DNA of 62,788 bases, the filler included, from Globobulimina sp. (Eukaryota): the NCBI GenBank assembly GCA_003354225.1. It is 39 parts of 39 records of this genome, joined end to end, with 100 filler letters (N's around TTAATTAATTAA, not from the genome) between each part and the next. Parts side by side here need not be neighbours in the genome. Positions count along the whole stretch, not along the records: positions 1 to 1,514 come from PIVH01015482.1; positions 1,615 to 3,128 come from PIVH01015483.1; positions 3,229 to 4,742 come from PIVH01015484.1; positions 4,843 to 6,356 come from PIVH01015485.1; positions 6,457 to 7,969 come from PIVH01015486.1; positions 8,070 to 9,582 come from PIVH01015487.1; positions 9,683 to 11,195 come from PIVH01015488.1; 32 more parts are not named here. One strand, given 5' to 3'. The position numbers and the translations under genes are program-made. The notes below the pieces were generated by a model. That model had not been told where the DNA came from. It searched no databases and was given only the letters and a program-made list of their open reading frames with translations. Shown in pieces: positions 1 to 11,295 of this stretch (its first letter is position 1; every line of letters starts with the position of its first letter).

Positions 1-47
1 TAAATCCATCAATAAGAAATATTGAATCAATCATCAGTTATCATCAG

Positions 48-795
48 TTGCATGGCGGTCTCAGCAAGAAAGAAATCATGAAACAATATAAAGATAAAGA
101 AGTGCTGAAAAACTGGCAAACTGAAATTAATCTGCAAGTCCCTGATGTAATTATTAATCTGCAAGTCGACTGTTTGGTTCACGATGCGGTCACTTATCAA
201 ATGTTGCAAAGATTGAAAGATGCGCAGTATTAATTACATAGAAATAGCAATATTCAGAAACAAAGTCTTAAAAGAGTATAAATGTATGTTCGTATATTAT
301 TGATATTGGACTGATGGAAATGTTGATTCATTTATGGCAGTCATATAAGAATGAGGAAGATATTCATGAATATGTATTTGAGATATTTGTGAATGCAATA
401 AATTATTCCAACGAAAGTGACAGAGAAATATTGATTGAAAATGGTATTCACAGAGCTATTTTTCCCGTATTTCTATTGACACCAAATTATGAAAGATTGC
501 TTTGGATCGATTGCTTCCTCCATTTAATCTGAGAATTGATGATTTGATCATTTGTAATGAATTTGTGGAATCTGCAGAAATGACAGAAACTGATTGTAAT
601 AAATTGATGGAACTCATGACAATGATTGAACAGTATTTGTGCTGCAATATATCTTTCGATATCGAAGATAGACGTAAGGTAATTTTGAGCAGATTATTTG
701 TTATTTATTTCAAGACTTTCTTAAATTACGCTAAACACTTTTATTTTCAAAATTTTCAAAGCATTTACGTTTCAACGATGTATTCAAAAAGATAA
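48..795 (+). pseudogene. Fragmented helical-repeat-like coding remnant
   Basis: Three consecutive protein-like ORFs (48-233, 314-532, 502-795) in different frames, separated by stops; 15-bp duplication ATTAATCTGCAAGTC near 126 and 153. Confidence 0.3.
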
Positions 796-1010
796 CCCTA
801 CCCCCCTGGTCAATAAGTTGTGTACATTTTATTCAATTATCTGAGAAACTCTTTAATTGAAAATACATACACGGTTTGCTATAGATTTGTCTTGGTTTTG
901 TTCTGTGTTTGTTATAACCTTTGTCTTCGGTTTGCAAATACAGAACAAAGTCAGAACAAATGTATAATTGAATTTTCGGTATACAAGGGGCCGGGATGGG
1001 GAATTATATT
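775..1010 (+). mobile_element. MITE-like interspersed repeat, family A, copy 1
   Basis: Starts ACGATGTATTCAAAAAGATAACCC; internal GTTTGCTATAGATTTGT...GGTTTGCAAAT-CAGAACAAAGTCAGAACAAAT is shared with 17463-17647; the right part is homologous to the reverse complement of 39361-39509. Confidence 0.75.
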
Positions 1011-1514
1011 TAAAGCAATGAAAACAATATAAAATGATCTAAAATTTCCCACATTTTATTAAATTAATTGGATTGGATTAATAGTTTAAATGTAATCAAT
1101 AGTTTAAATATAACACCAATAATTAAGTGCGACTGTAATCAATAGTTTAAAGTTTTTAATACAAAAAACAAAAACATAGTTTTTCTCAAATCTGAGACAA
1201 TCCTTTCGTTTGACAGAAACAGCCCAAACCACCACAAATCTGACAACAGTCAGTATCTGTACCTATATAATCGGACAGATTCAAACAAAGCAACTGTGAC
1301 AAGCATGAATAATGCAAAGGTAATTAAAACATTTGTTTACAAACTCAAATATCGCATAAACACGTTCGATCCATAAAAAATACTTAAGACTGAGAAGAAA
1401 ATGGACAGCAAACAAAGCACGGAAAGCAGTAATAATATATTTGGTAAATTAGGCTTAGAAAAAGAATACGAAGCCAACAAATTATTATTTGCCTTGCAAT
1501 CAAAGGCGAGGCAG

Positions 1515-1614
1515 NNNNNNNNNNNNNNNNNNNNNNNNNNNNNNNNNNNNNNNNNNNNTTAATTAATTAANNNNNNNNNNNNNNNNNNNNNNNNNNNNNN
1601 NNNNNNNNNNNNNN
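1515..1614. other. Artificial contig-joining spacer N44-TTAATTAATTAA-N44 (first of 38; last at 61178-61277)
   Basis: Identical 100-nt spacer recurs every 1611-1614 bp; TTAATTAATTAA puts stops in all six frames; flanking contigs decrease monotonically from 1514 to 1511 bp. Confidence 0.99.
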
Positions 1615-2636
1615 TAGCTTGGAAAATCCAAAAAGGTAAACATAAAATGATGAAGAAAACAGTCATGATCCAATATTTAAAGCCAATTAACAGAAACCAT
1701 TTGAAATCTAAATTGAATGCTTCAACAAAAGGGAATCCCAACCATCGCAGAGCAGGAACATAGACTTCGCCACAATTTTCTGCGTCGGAGAAATGTAATA
1801 CTTTTTTTACTCTGTTTAGTTTTGTAGAGCATTTACGTCCATCTCGATAAACACTAAAAATGCAATAAAAATGCATCGTGCACAACAATAAAACGGTGGA
1901 TAGCTCGACCACCCAACCAATGTTTGTATAATTGCCAATAAAATATATTGCAATTTCGGAGGGGATAAATTTAAACATACCCAATAAATTTAAACCACAC
2001 AAAAACAAATATATTCCGATGAATGTCAATATCCAAGCGGATACAAACGCGCGTAAATCAAATTTCTTTAATACGTTATGAGCCATACTGCGACGAACAA
2101 ATATTTCTACCGAATTGCTACTTAATTCATAGGATATTATTTCTAATGCAATGGATGATGGTAAACATGCGACTATTTCTTGTAATTGTAGTGAACGAGC
2201 TGAATAACTATGATTTCTTATTTTTTTGCATAATGATTGATCATCAATATCATCATTAAAATATAGTAAATCACTCATTGAGCATTTCCATGATTCACTA
2301 AATGCATCTCGTGGCAAAATATCATCACTCTATGTATTATGGCATGGAATCAGAATTAAAGTGTTTTTAAGAATTATAAAATAATGATAAAATAACATTG
2401 GGTTGGAAAGGATGTACAGCATCAAAATCCATATCAATATGCGTTGAAGTAGAATGATATGACGCAGACGAATATGATAAATGTGGAGAAGTTGACGGTG
2501 CTGTTAATTTCCGAGTGGATTCCCATTCGTCAGAATGGGACATGTACCGACTTCTGCGATATATATTCTCACCATGTGATATTATTACTGGTTCATAAGA
2601 ACCTTTACAAACAAGCGGATTGTTTAAATCAGACAT
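1615..2636 (-). CDS. Multi-pass membrane protein, 3'-truncated; intron 2330-2396
   Basis: ATG at 2636; a phase-0 GT-AG intron of 67 nt joins ORF 2367-2639 to ORF 1559-2317; several hydrophobic segments. Confidence 0.6.
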
Positions 2637-2659
2637 CACATTCAGTATATAAAAACTTT

Positions 2660-3128
2660 ATGAAACAGTTTATACTGACAATGAAACAGTTTATTGCTTC
2701 GACCATTGCGACGGTTATCCCAATATTCCTTTTAATCCCATGGGATGTTTACGGGGCAGTGCATCATTCAAATAACCACTATCAAATATATCAGTCTTAT
2801 GTGCATTCGACCGGACACGTTTTGTGGGTATTTTGCCACATTGCGCTGATCATTGGCTTACTTTATTACTCGCCATCCAATCACGAGAAACGTTTTGTGC
2901 AGCTCAGCCTTTTTGTGTTGACGGTCTCGCCGTTGTTGGCCAGCATTGCCTACAACCTTCTGATCTGCGCATGGCAGGAACAAGAAAGAGTGACGCAATG
3001 GCTGTTTGTTATTTTTTTAGCACTGTTTATGTTTCCCACCATTCAGTATTACCTCATATTGACTGTCATCAATAAGAATGTGTACGTTGTCTGTTTAGCA
3101 ATTATCACTATATTTAATTGGATCACCG
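2660..3128 (+). CDS. Multi-pass membrane protein, 3'-truncated
   Basis: From MKQFILT: about five hydrophobic helices, open to the contig end. Confidence 0.55.
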
Positions 3129-3379
3129 NNNNNNNNNNNNNNNNNNNNNNNNNNNNNNNNNNNNNNNNNNNNTTAATTAATTAANNNNNNNNNNNNNNNN
3201 NNNNNNNNNNNNNNNNNNNNNNNNNNNNTTAAAGTTATTGAACAGTCTGAGCCAAATTTATAAACAGAAAACTCTCTTCATCCTTTATGCTATACTCAAC
3301 AAATCAGATCAGACCAACAAATTGTACTAAATCTCCAAAACAATCAAAATAACACTGAATTAAAACAGTTTGAAAAAAA

Positions 3380-4117
3380 TCATTTATTGTGATGTGGTTT
3401 GCATCCGTAAACTTCGGAATATCGTCGTTTTAAAAACCCAGCAACGTTCATTATTTGTTGTTTATAGTCATCATTTAATTTGTCAATATCAATCAAATAA
3501 CAACATAAAATTTGTTCAGTTTTAAAGAAAATCCATTCCATTTCTTCTCTGTCTTTGCTAATATGGGAATCGTGATATTCTTTTAGTGAACAACCCAAAT
3601 CTGCAGGATATGATGCTTTATATTGTCTTCCCGGCAATGACAAACAAACAAACACTTTATTGGTATCACCATAACCTATCGCATATTTTGGTTCTGGCGA
3701 TGTGTATACACCTTTTCCATAATAACCAATATCAGTTTTATGCCTAATTTGTTTGCCATCTGGTACTTTTAAACCATTTTTTATTATGCTGTCAAAGTTG
3801 CGTTCATTTGTCCAATGATATATGACTTTTGGTTTTACAAAATCGCAACCAATCTCTTTGCACATTCGCATATATTTTCGTATAAAAAGTCTCGTTAATT
3901 TATGCTTTATTATAGAACTATCTTTTTTGTTGATTAAATGCACCACATTTCTTGCTAATTCTTCAGAAGAAGGAATTGTTACTCTGGCTTTTCGTGGAAA
4001 TATATTACGGCATTTTATGGTTACACCGCATCTATTCTTTCTGGGATATTTACGATGTTTATGTCGGTTTCTGTGACTGTCACCATAAAAAGAACTTTGT
4101 TTCCTATATTTATGCAT
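3380..4117 (-). CDS. PARP-family (ARTD, H-Y-E) ADP-ribosyltransferase catalytic-domain protein
   Basis: Motifs VIYHWT..NFDSIIKNGL, YYGKGVYTSPEPKYAIGY, VFVCLSLPG, EMEWIFF..EQILCCYLI; first true ATG at 4117; basic N-terminus. Confidence 0.85.
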   Translation of the reverse strand: MHKYRKQSSFYGDSHRNRHKHRKYPRKNRCGVTIKCRNIFPRKARVTIPSSEELARNVVHLINKKDSSIIKHKLTRLFIRKYMRMCKEIGCDFVKPKVIYHWTNERNFDSIIKNGLKVPDGKQIRHKTDIGYYGKGVYTSPEPKYAIGYGDTNKVFVCLSLPGRQYKASYPADLGCSLKEYHDSHISKDREEMEWIFFKTEQILCCYLIDIDKLNDDYKQQIMNVAGFLKRRYSEVYGCKPHHNK

Positions 4118-4283
4118 CCCGTATCCAGTAATGTAACTATGGTTATATATCAGCTCTGGAGCAAGAAGAAGAATGTGATGTTGTTGCAAAAAAAACATTC
4201 AAAGTGGAACATTATATTAATCCAAACTAAATTAAATTTAACAAAAAAGATTTTTTGCTAAATTATGTAATATTATAAAAGAA

Positions 4284-4742
4284 CTAGAGCTGCGATTCAT
4301 CGATATGTTTATCAATTTTGTCCAGTTCAACAACATTGTCATTAATTTCATGTTGAATATGTCTATTAACACTCTTAGGATCCTTATAATTCCTCATTAA
4401 AAACTTTGTAATTTCTTCCAATGTTTTTTGTTTAGTTTCTGGCACATATTTATAAATAAATACAATCGATATACAACTTATAATACTAAACATTAGCCAA
4501 GTTCCCTGCGGTGTGAATGCGTCTTGCAATGACAAGAACGTCAATGCAACAGTTCCAGATATTAACCTATTCACTGTGGTGCAAATGGCCATTGCTTTGG
4601 ATCGAATGTGTAATGGAAATATTTCCGATACAATAACCCCAGTGATTGGACCCCAACCGATGGAAAATGAGCCACTAAAACAACATTGAAATATTATCGT
4701 CAAAACGTCTGAATTTATCCAAAAAGCCAATGTCAAACCAAA
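4284..4742 (-). CDS. MFS sugar porter (polyol/inositol transporter-like), C-terminal part
   Basis: FSIGWGPI..VIVSEIFPLHIRSKAMA and VPETKQKTLEEI are sugar-porter signatures. Confidence 0.92.
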   Translation of the reverse strand, partial: FGLTLAFWINSDVLTIIFQCCFSGSFSIGWGPITGVIVSEIFPLHIRSKAMAICTTVNRLISGTVALTFLSLQDAFTPQGTWLMFSIISCISIVFIYKYVPETKQKTLEEITKFLMRNYKDPKSVNRHIQHEINDNVVELDKIDKHIDESQL

Positions 4743-4844
4743 NNNNNNNNNNNNNNNNNNNNNNNNNNNNNNNNNNNNNNNNNNNNTTAATTAATTAANN
4801 NNNNNNNNNNNNNNNNNNNNNNNNNNNNNNNNNNNNNNNNNNAC

Positions 4845-6356
4845 ACGATTTTAATTCGTGAGGCTGTCCATGGTCACGTCAACATTATTAAGCATCTTTG
4901 TGATAATAAAAACATTCAAGGAAGTTTAAGTGAAAGTAGTTTTGTTCTGCTTCAACCGGGAAATGAAATCAATGAAACAATCTTTAACCAAATAACACAT
5001 ATATATTATCAATACAATTCACAAGAATCGTTTTGTAAATCTCAATGTTCCCAATTACAAACCTGTACTATTTATGCATATCATACCCAATTATTTAATG
5101 GCATTTGTTTTATATCAATAACTGATTCCGGCGCACCATTAGAAACTCCAACTGGTAATTGGCTAATTATTGATTTTCAAGGAATGACATTTGCTCCGTG
5201 GGATATTAAAGATCATTTCGACGAAATATTCAATTGTTTTGAAACCCATTCCACATTTCATTTATGTGATAATTATCCAGATACCGTTGACATAGCACCA
5301 AGAATCCCAACAAACTCCTTTCCGATTACAGGAATTTACAATGATTCATCATCAATTGCAACAATTAAAGTGTTTCCAGAATATAACAACGTCGGAGATC
5401 ATTTCATTCCCGATTTTTCTAAATATTATCATTTTAAATGGAATGAAGCAATGTCTCCTTTAATATCCCAAAGTCATTGGAGCACTTATTTCCAAGATGA
5501 CGCAAATAATTATATCTGGACAACCAATGAATGGAAAACTTTTCCAAAGAAAAAATTTAGAATATTTGAGAGAGACAGTGGTTCAAAGAAATATAGTTTT
5601 TTTATTGGTCCCTGGGTGAGTAACCTAGAGAGTAAGCGACAGAAATGGGATTTTGATGATAATCAATGTCCTAAAATCAATATTGATGACAATTGGAATG
5701 CTCCAAATGATGGTTTGAATTACCAAGTGGTGAAAATGGATGATGCAAACCACCCAAACTGTGATACAGAATTCAAAATTGGCGTCGACGTATTCTGTAC
5801 ATATGAATATGCGCCAACTTGTAAAGAGTATGATTGTTGTCGAGACACAGAAGGAATAGCAAATAATAAAATAATTGGTATTTATCAATGTACTGCCAAC
5901 ATTGATTTTAATTTGTTTTTGCCGCATGGAAGTTCTACCAAATTAATGTATCAATGTACAAACAAAATAACGGCCGAATTTGTTCGAACATATACTTTGA
6001 TTGACACATTACACAGAAAGGGACCGTCTAATCGATATCGAAGAAGAATGTTGCAAAATGACATTATTGCAGCCACAGAATACAAACAGAATGATGCAAT
6101 AATGGACGTGCTGCAAAATCAAAATATCAGTGGTATTTGGTATGATAATCCAGTTACAGATAAAAGACGACTGATAAATAAGGATCCGAGTTGGACCAGC
6201 GACCATATCGTAGTTTCAGAATCAGCGGATTGTAAAAAAGATAATCGTAATTTTTATTTTATTCCACACATTTCGGAGGATTCATGTAAAGAGTTATGTT
6301 TTTTCAGCACAGATAATGATGGAAATGATAAATGTTCAAACATGTTTTATACCAAA
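4845..6356 (+). CDS. Large extracellular Cys-rich protein fragment with PAN/apple-like modules
   Basis: One frame is open across the whole contig; SFCKSQCSQLQTCTIYAY..GICF and DSCKELC..KCSNMFY show PAN-like Cys spacing; RRRRML and KRRL basic sites. Confidence 0.55.
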
Positions 6357-6510
6357 NNNNNNNNNNNNNNNNNNNNNNNNNNNNNNNNNNNNNNNNNNNN
6401 TTAATTAATTAANNNNNNNNNNNNNNNNNNNNNNNNNNNNNNNNNNNNNNNNNNNNCAACCAAATACAATTCCATTCAAAGGGCCAAAAGGACCCAACTC
6501 ACCGAATATA

Positions 6511-7509
6511 ATGAGCAAAACGCCACCATACATATATGACGATCACCAACAATTACAACGTCGTACTACAGTCCCACCAAATAAGTCACCATATCCACAT
6601 AATAACATCATCCAATATGATATATATAATCAAATGGCACCAACCGCACCGAAACCAACACGGCCAAATCAGCACAAAATACAAAGCGCCAAAAAGAGGA
6701 CAAAAAACAACAAAAAAAACAATAATTTAATTAATTTGCCGCCAAATAGCCCCGATATTCTCCGAAATCGAAGCAAGACCGAAGGGCGAAATCTAAATAA
6801 AAATGCTCATTCATTATGTATGTCGACCACACAACAAATATATACACCGCCTGCGCCATGGCCAAATCACAATGGTTTTGATCCTAACAATCCATGGCAA
6901 GCACAGCCACCACATGCTGCAATACAAGAAAACGCATGGAATCATAATCTGAATGATACGAATATGAATAATCAGTATGCGATTCTTGCACCGACTGCAC
7001 GGCTCACCACTATGTCCATACCGGTGACAGATGTCACACATACAAATGTGGCAACATTCGGGACAGAAACTGCAGAAAATAGTGGCCCAACACCTGTGGC
7101 TGCGGTGGGACTGAACGTTGACTGTCCATTAAGATATATGGGATGTGATGGGTTTGCTGATTATAATTTAAATGAACATTATACAGAATATCAAGAGGAA
7201 CACTTGGATCATATTATAAACTATTTTGAGAATAAATTCACGCATTTTGAAAATGATTATTGCTCCAAATTGAAGAATTTGGAAAAGGAAAATATTTGTT
7301 TAAGAAGCCAATTGGAAGAATTAATGGATAGAATGGATAGGAATGAGCTTGAATGGGATAGTGACTTTGAAATGGATAATGAGCCTATAATGCATAATAA
7401 TGTTCATTCGCGTATTCCAAAACGTAATAAACCCACTGACTCCAAAGTACCTGCCACTTTTCTACAATTTCAGAAATCGAGATCTGGTGAGCTATTGGAT
7501 TTGGATTAG
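6511..7509 (+). CDS. Low-complexity protein with TRAF-type zinc finger and coiled coil
   Basis: VDCPLRYMGC..NLNEHY..EEHLDHI followed by heptad LKNLEKENICLRSQLEEL; Pro/Asn/Gln-rich N-terminus. Confidence 0.65.
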   Translation: MSKTPPYIYDDHQQLQRRTTVPPNKSPYPHNNIIQYDIYNQMAPTAPKPTRPNQHKIQSAKKRTKNNKKNNNLINLPPNSPDILRNRSKTEGRNLNKNAHSLCMSTTQQIYTPPAPWPNHNGFDPNNPWQAQPPHAAIQENAWNHNLNDTNMNNQYAILAPTARLTTMSIPVTDVTHTNVATFGTETAENSGPTPVAAVGLNVDCPLRYMGCDGFADYNLNEHYTEYQEEHLDHIINYFENKFTHFENDYCSKLKNLEKENICLRSQLEELMDRMDRNELEWDSDFEMDNEPIMHNNVHSRIPKRNKPTDSKVPATFLQFQKSRSGELLDLD

Positions 7510-8552
7510 TATTTACACAAATTACACATTACATTCATATTCGACTGTAATTTTAGTATAATTTAGGACGATTTTGCAAATTCTTTTTTCCATGTTTTTT
7601 TTTGTTTGAATGTATTGATTTATTACAATTTAATTTTAGATTGTTACATAGATTATAATTTAGCTTTGATAGTGAAATTGTGAAAATACGATGGAGGCAC
7701 GGGAGGTTCGGGGAATTCGACCACTAAATCTTTGCGAGCGAAAAAATCTATTTAATTGTTTTTAAATTGAAGAAAGTTTTAATCCGGGTTCTGATCATGT
7801 TCCTGTTTGATAACGCTAACCACAAATTTATTGCATGGCTTTGTAAGGACGCCATGGCATTAACATTTCTGTGGTTATTCACCTATATATACTACCATGG
7901 AAAACAAGAAACAGAAAGAAAAGACCTAAAAATATTCCAACGATTACGACTATTAGTGATTATAATGTGNNNNNNNNNNNNNNNNNNNNNNNNNNNNNNN
8001 NNNNNNNNNNNNNTTAATTAATTAANNNNNNNNNNNNNNNNNNNNNNNNNNNNNNNNNNNNNNNNNNNNCAATCATCGGAGGAATACTGTACACGGCATC
8101 TGTGAGCAATGTGGTTAGTCCTCCCCCTATCCAATAGACGAACGAAAAACTGTTTGTGCCATTAAAAATAACCGTTGGCATTTTGTTTTTTCGCTATTAG
8201 TTAACAAAGTGTGATAGGTTATACGTGTCAATTTTAATTGTAGTTTGTTTAAGGTGGTTGCTTCTGATTACGTGCGAATTTCAAACCATTCGAACGCTAA
8301 AATGTTAGTCGTGAAGGAGCGCAATACGCGCTTTCGCTCACTATATTTATGTGTATCTATTTACTAAAAATAATATAAATAATAAAATTAAATAAAAGTA
8401 ATTGCCAATGAGACCAGGGATGAAAGCATAAGCGTCTCTTGCGCTAACATCTCCCACGAAACATGGATTGACGAGATGTAGCATTTTTGTTTGTGTATAT
8501 ATTGTTTTTTTTTAATCTGTGCGGCACAGTTTTTTGATCTTTACTAGCTACC

Positions 8553-9582
8553 ATGGAAGCAATCTTAGAGAAGAAAGTCCCCAAAATGACAGGGAGATGG
8601 ACATCCCGATTATTTCGATTGAAGGATCGTCGATTGATGTATTTTAAGAAGGATGTATTAGATTTTAATTTGGCACTGGATTCATCTGCTAAACATATAT
8701 TAGATTTAACCCATTTGATCTCATTAACCATAGATAAAAAGCACGATAATATCTTAATAATCCATCATCCCGTCCTTGACATTGCATTGCGATTCTCGCA
8801 AAATGAATTATTCATGTCTTGGTTGCGAGTTTTATCCTCATTTACAAACATCTCAAACGGCCCAAAAATAGAAACATCTCTGCCATCAAATTATTTATAT
8901 TCAATTTGGAATGTGTTACAATCACTATATACGCATCCACACTTAACTACGATGGAGGGCATATTTCGCATTTCCGCCAACAAAAATGAGCGCAAATTAA
9001 TATTCAATCACTTATTACAGCAAACATTTAACATCAATCAATTAAAAAACTATAAAAACATTCATATTTTAGCCAATTTATTGTCTGCTTTGTTAACAAA
9101 TTTACCATCCACAGTCTTTAAAGAAAAGCAACTTTCCACTTTAATTTTATATTTTGATTCCATTATAATTGAACACAACAAAAACGCTCAAAACATCCAG
9201 GTCGATGACGATGTCGCCACCATTCCATCTCAAATATTGCTCAAATTAAAGCTGAAAATCGAGGAGTTTTATATCGACGGCTATCGCTATGGTTTAATGA
9301 CGTTAATTTTCCATTTATTAAAACAGGTAATAATGAACCAAGAAAATACGCGAATGAGTGCCGAATCATTGTCGCGTATATTTGAGGATGTGTTGGAATC
9401 GAAAATATTTTTAATCAAAATGCATGCCTCCAATTTAAATGTCAATCTCTATAAAATGTTTCGCATGAAATTGTTGATCAAATGCCTGATATTTCATGCA
9501 TACGTTTTATTTCCTGAGCAGCAATGGACGATTTGCGACATCGTCGTTGCTGAAAAGTGTGAAATTGCCACCATTAATCTGT
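8553..9582 (+). CDS. PH + RhoGAP domain protein, 3'-truncated
   Basis: PH: EAILEKK..WTSRLFRL..LMYFK..FMSWLRVL. RhoGAP: EGIFRISAN (arginine finger) and ENTRMSAESLSRIF. Confidence 0.88.
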
Positions 9583-9682
9583 NNNNNNNNNNNNNNNNNN
9601 NNNNNNNNNNNNNNNNNNNNNNNNNNTTAATTAATTAANNNNNNNNNNNNNNNNNNNNNNNNNNNNNNNNNNNNNNNNNNNN

Positions 9683-11195
9683 AATCTCATCCTGCAAGAC
9701 TTGTTTTTCTTGTATTAAGCCGTGAGTATCACGGGATAACCGGTCTAATTTCTGGTTTGTATCGGATACATTTGCTTCCATGGTATATATATCCTGTTGT
9801 AATGCATCACATTTCCCCCGCAGTGCACTGATTTGTTGGCTTAACTCTCGTTCATTTTCACTCTGTGCCACCTGTTGTTGTTTTATATATTGTTGCACGG
9901 ACTGTTTCTGTTCAGATAACTTATTTTGCTCCGTTTCAATCTGTAATCGTGCCTCATTGATCTCAGTTTTATTCTGTTTCATCTCCATTCGAATCTGTGT
10001 ACGATGCGAATCTAAATCACGCTGCACATTGGACAGTTCATATTGTTTATCTTTCAATTTATGTTCCGCGTCTTTCAACTCTTGTTCCTTGTCTTTGAGT
10101 TTGTGCTCTTGTTCGGATAGATTTAAATCTCTATCTCGCATTGCTGCGGCTTGCGTGGATAATGCAGTCTCTTTTGTAGTTAACTTTGTCTTTAAATGAT
10201 TACTTATATCTTCTGCTTGTTTCAGCGCAGTGTTTAATTTTAGCTCTTCAGCTCGTAATCTGTTTTCTTTTTGGATAATGTCTTGTTGGTTGGATAGTAT
10301 TTGTTGTTTAGATATTTCAAGCAAACTTTCTCTCTCTTTTTGTGACTCACGCTCAACTTTTAATGTTTGTGCTTGTTGTGTGAGGATTGCTTCTTTTGTG
10401 TTTAATTCATGCACTTTCTCCACTGGCACATGGGCGTTTTTATCCGCTTCAGATTACATTTGCCTATAAAATAATACAAAAAGCGTTTTTATTATAAAAA
10501 ATCCGAAGATATAACGTACTGTTTCTCAAGTGATGTAGCTACTTTTTGCAATGCAAGTTCTTGTTCAGTTAATCGCAATGCAGTTAATTCCAATGTTCTT
10601 GTTTTGTTTGATAACGTTTGTTGTAATGCATCCAATCGATGTTGTTCATTTTGTAATTCTTGTTTGTTTGTGGTCAATCTTTCATTTTCTTGTTCATGTT
10701 TTTTCTGTGCCGATTGTAAATCTGTATTGATTTGTTCTAATTTGAGTTGATCGGATTTTAATCTCTCTGATTCAATGTGTAATTGTTGCGTTCGACTGGC
10801 TAATAATAATCCATTCGAATGTATCTTTTCTTTGTCTGAATCCAATGATTTCTTTTGCGAACTCAATGCCTGGTTTTGTTGTTTAAAATAATCCTTTTCT
10901 GCAGCAAGTGCACTTTTCTCTGATGCTATTTTTATTCTTTCTTCATCGAATTGCTTCTTTTTTGCCATATATTCTGTGTTCAATTTATCTAATTTCATCT
11001 GTTCGGACTGTAATATTTCTGATTTATGTTTGAATTCTTTTTCTTGTATTTCTAATTCTTTCTGCCTTGCATCAAAATCATTTCGTAATGTTGTTAATTC
11101 TTTTTTCTTTCCCAACATATCTTGGGTTTGTTGATTAATTTTAATTTGTGTTTTGTCAATATTTTGTTGTTGTATCTTGGATTTTTGCTCTCTTT
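9683..11195 (-). CDS. Long coiled-coil protein fragment; intron 10464-10519; in-frame TAA at 10454-10456
   Basis: Q/E/K/L-rich heptads in two ORFs; donor CA|GTACGT and acceptor TTTTATAG|G keep the frame. Confidence 0.7.
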
Positions 11196-11295
11196 NNNNN
11201 NNNNNNNNNNNNNNNNNNNNNNNNNNNNNNNNNNNNNNNTTAATTAATTAANNNNNNNNNNNNNNNNNNNNNNNNNNNNNNNNNNNNNNNNNNNN

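Noticed and set aside
225-320. TAA/TAG reassigned to Gln (ciliate-type code) in the first contig
   Set aside because: Frameshifts are also needed, and many genes in the window end in TAA or TAG and have long stop-free frames in the standard code.
1559-1570. Regularly spaced TTAATTAATTAA palindromes resembling a repeat array; ORFs ending in X..LIN
   Set aside because: Artificial six-frame-stop linker flanked by N runs; ORFs crossing it are artefacts.
9780-10469. Cys/Ser/Phe-rich plus-strand ORFs here and similar antisense ORFs elsewhere
   Set aside because: Shadow frames opposite real coiled-coil or acidic coding sequences.
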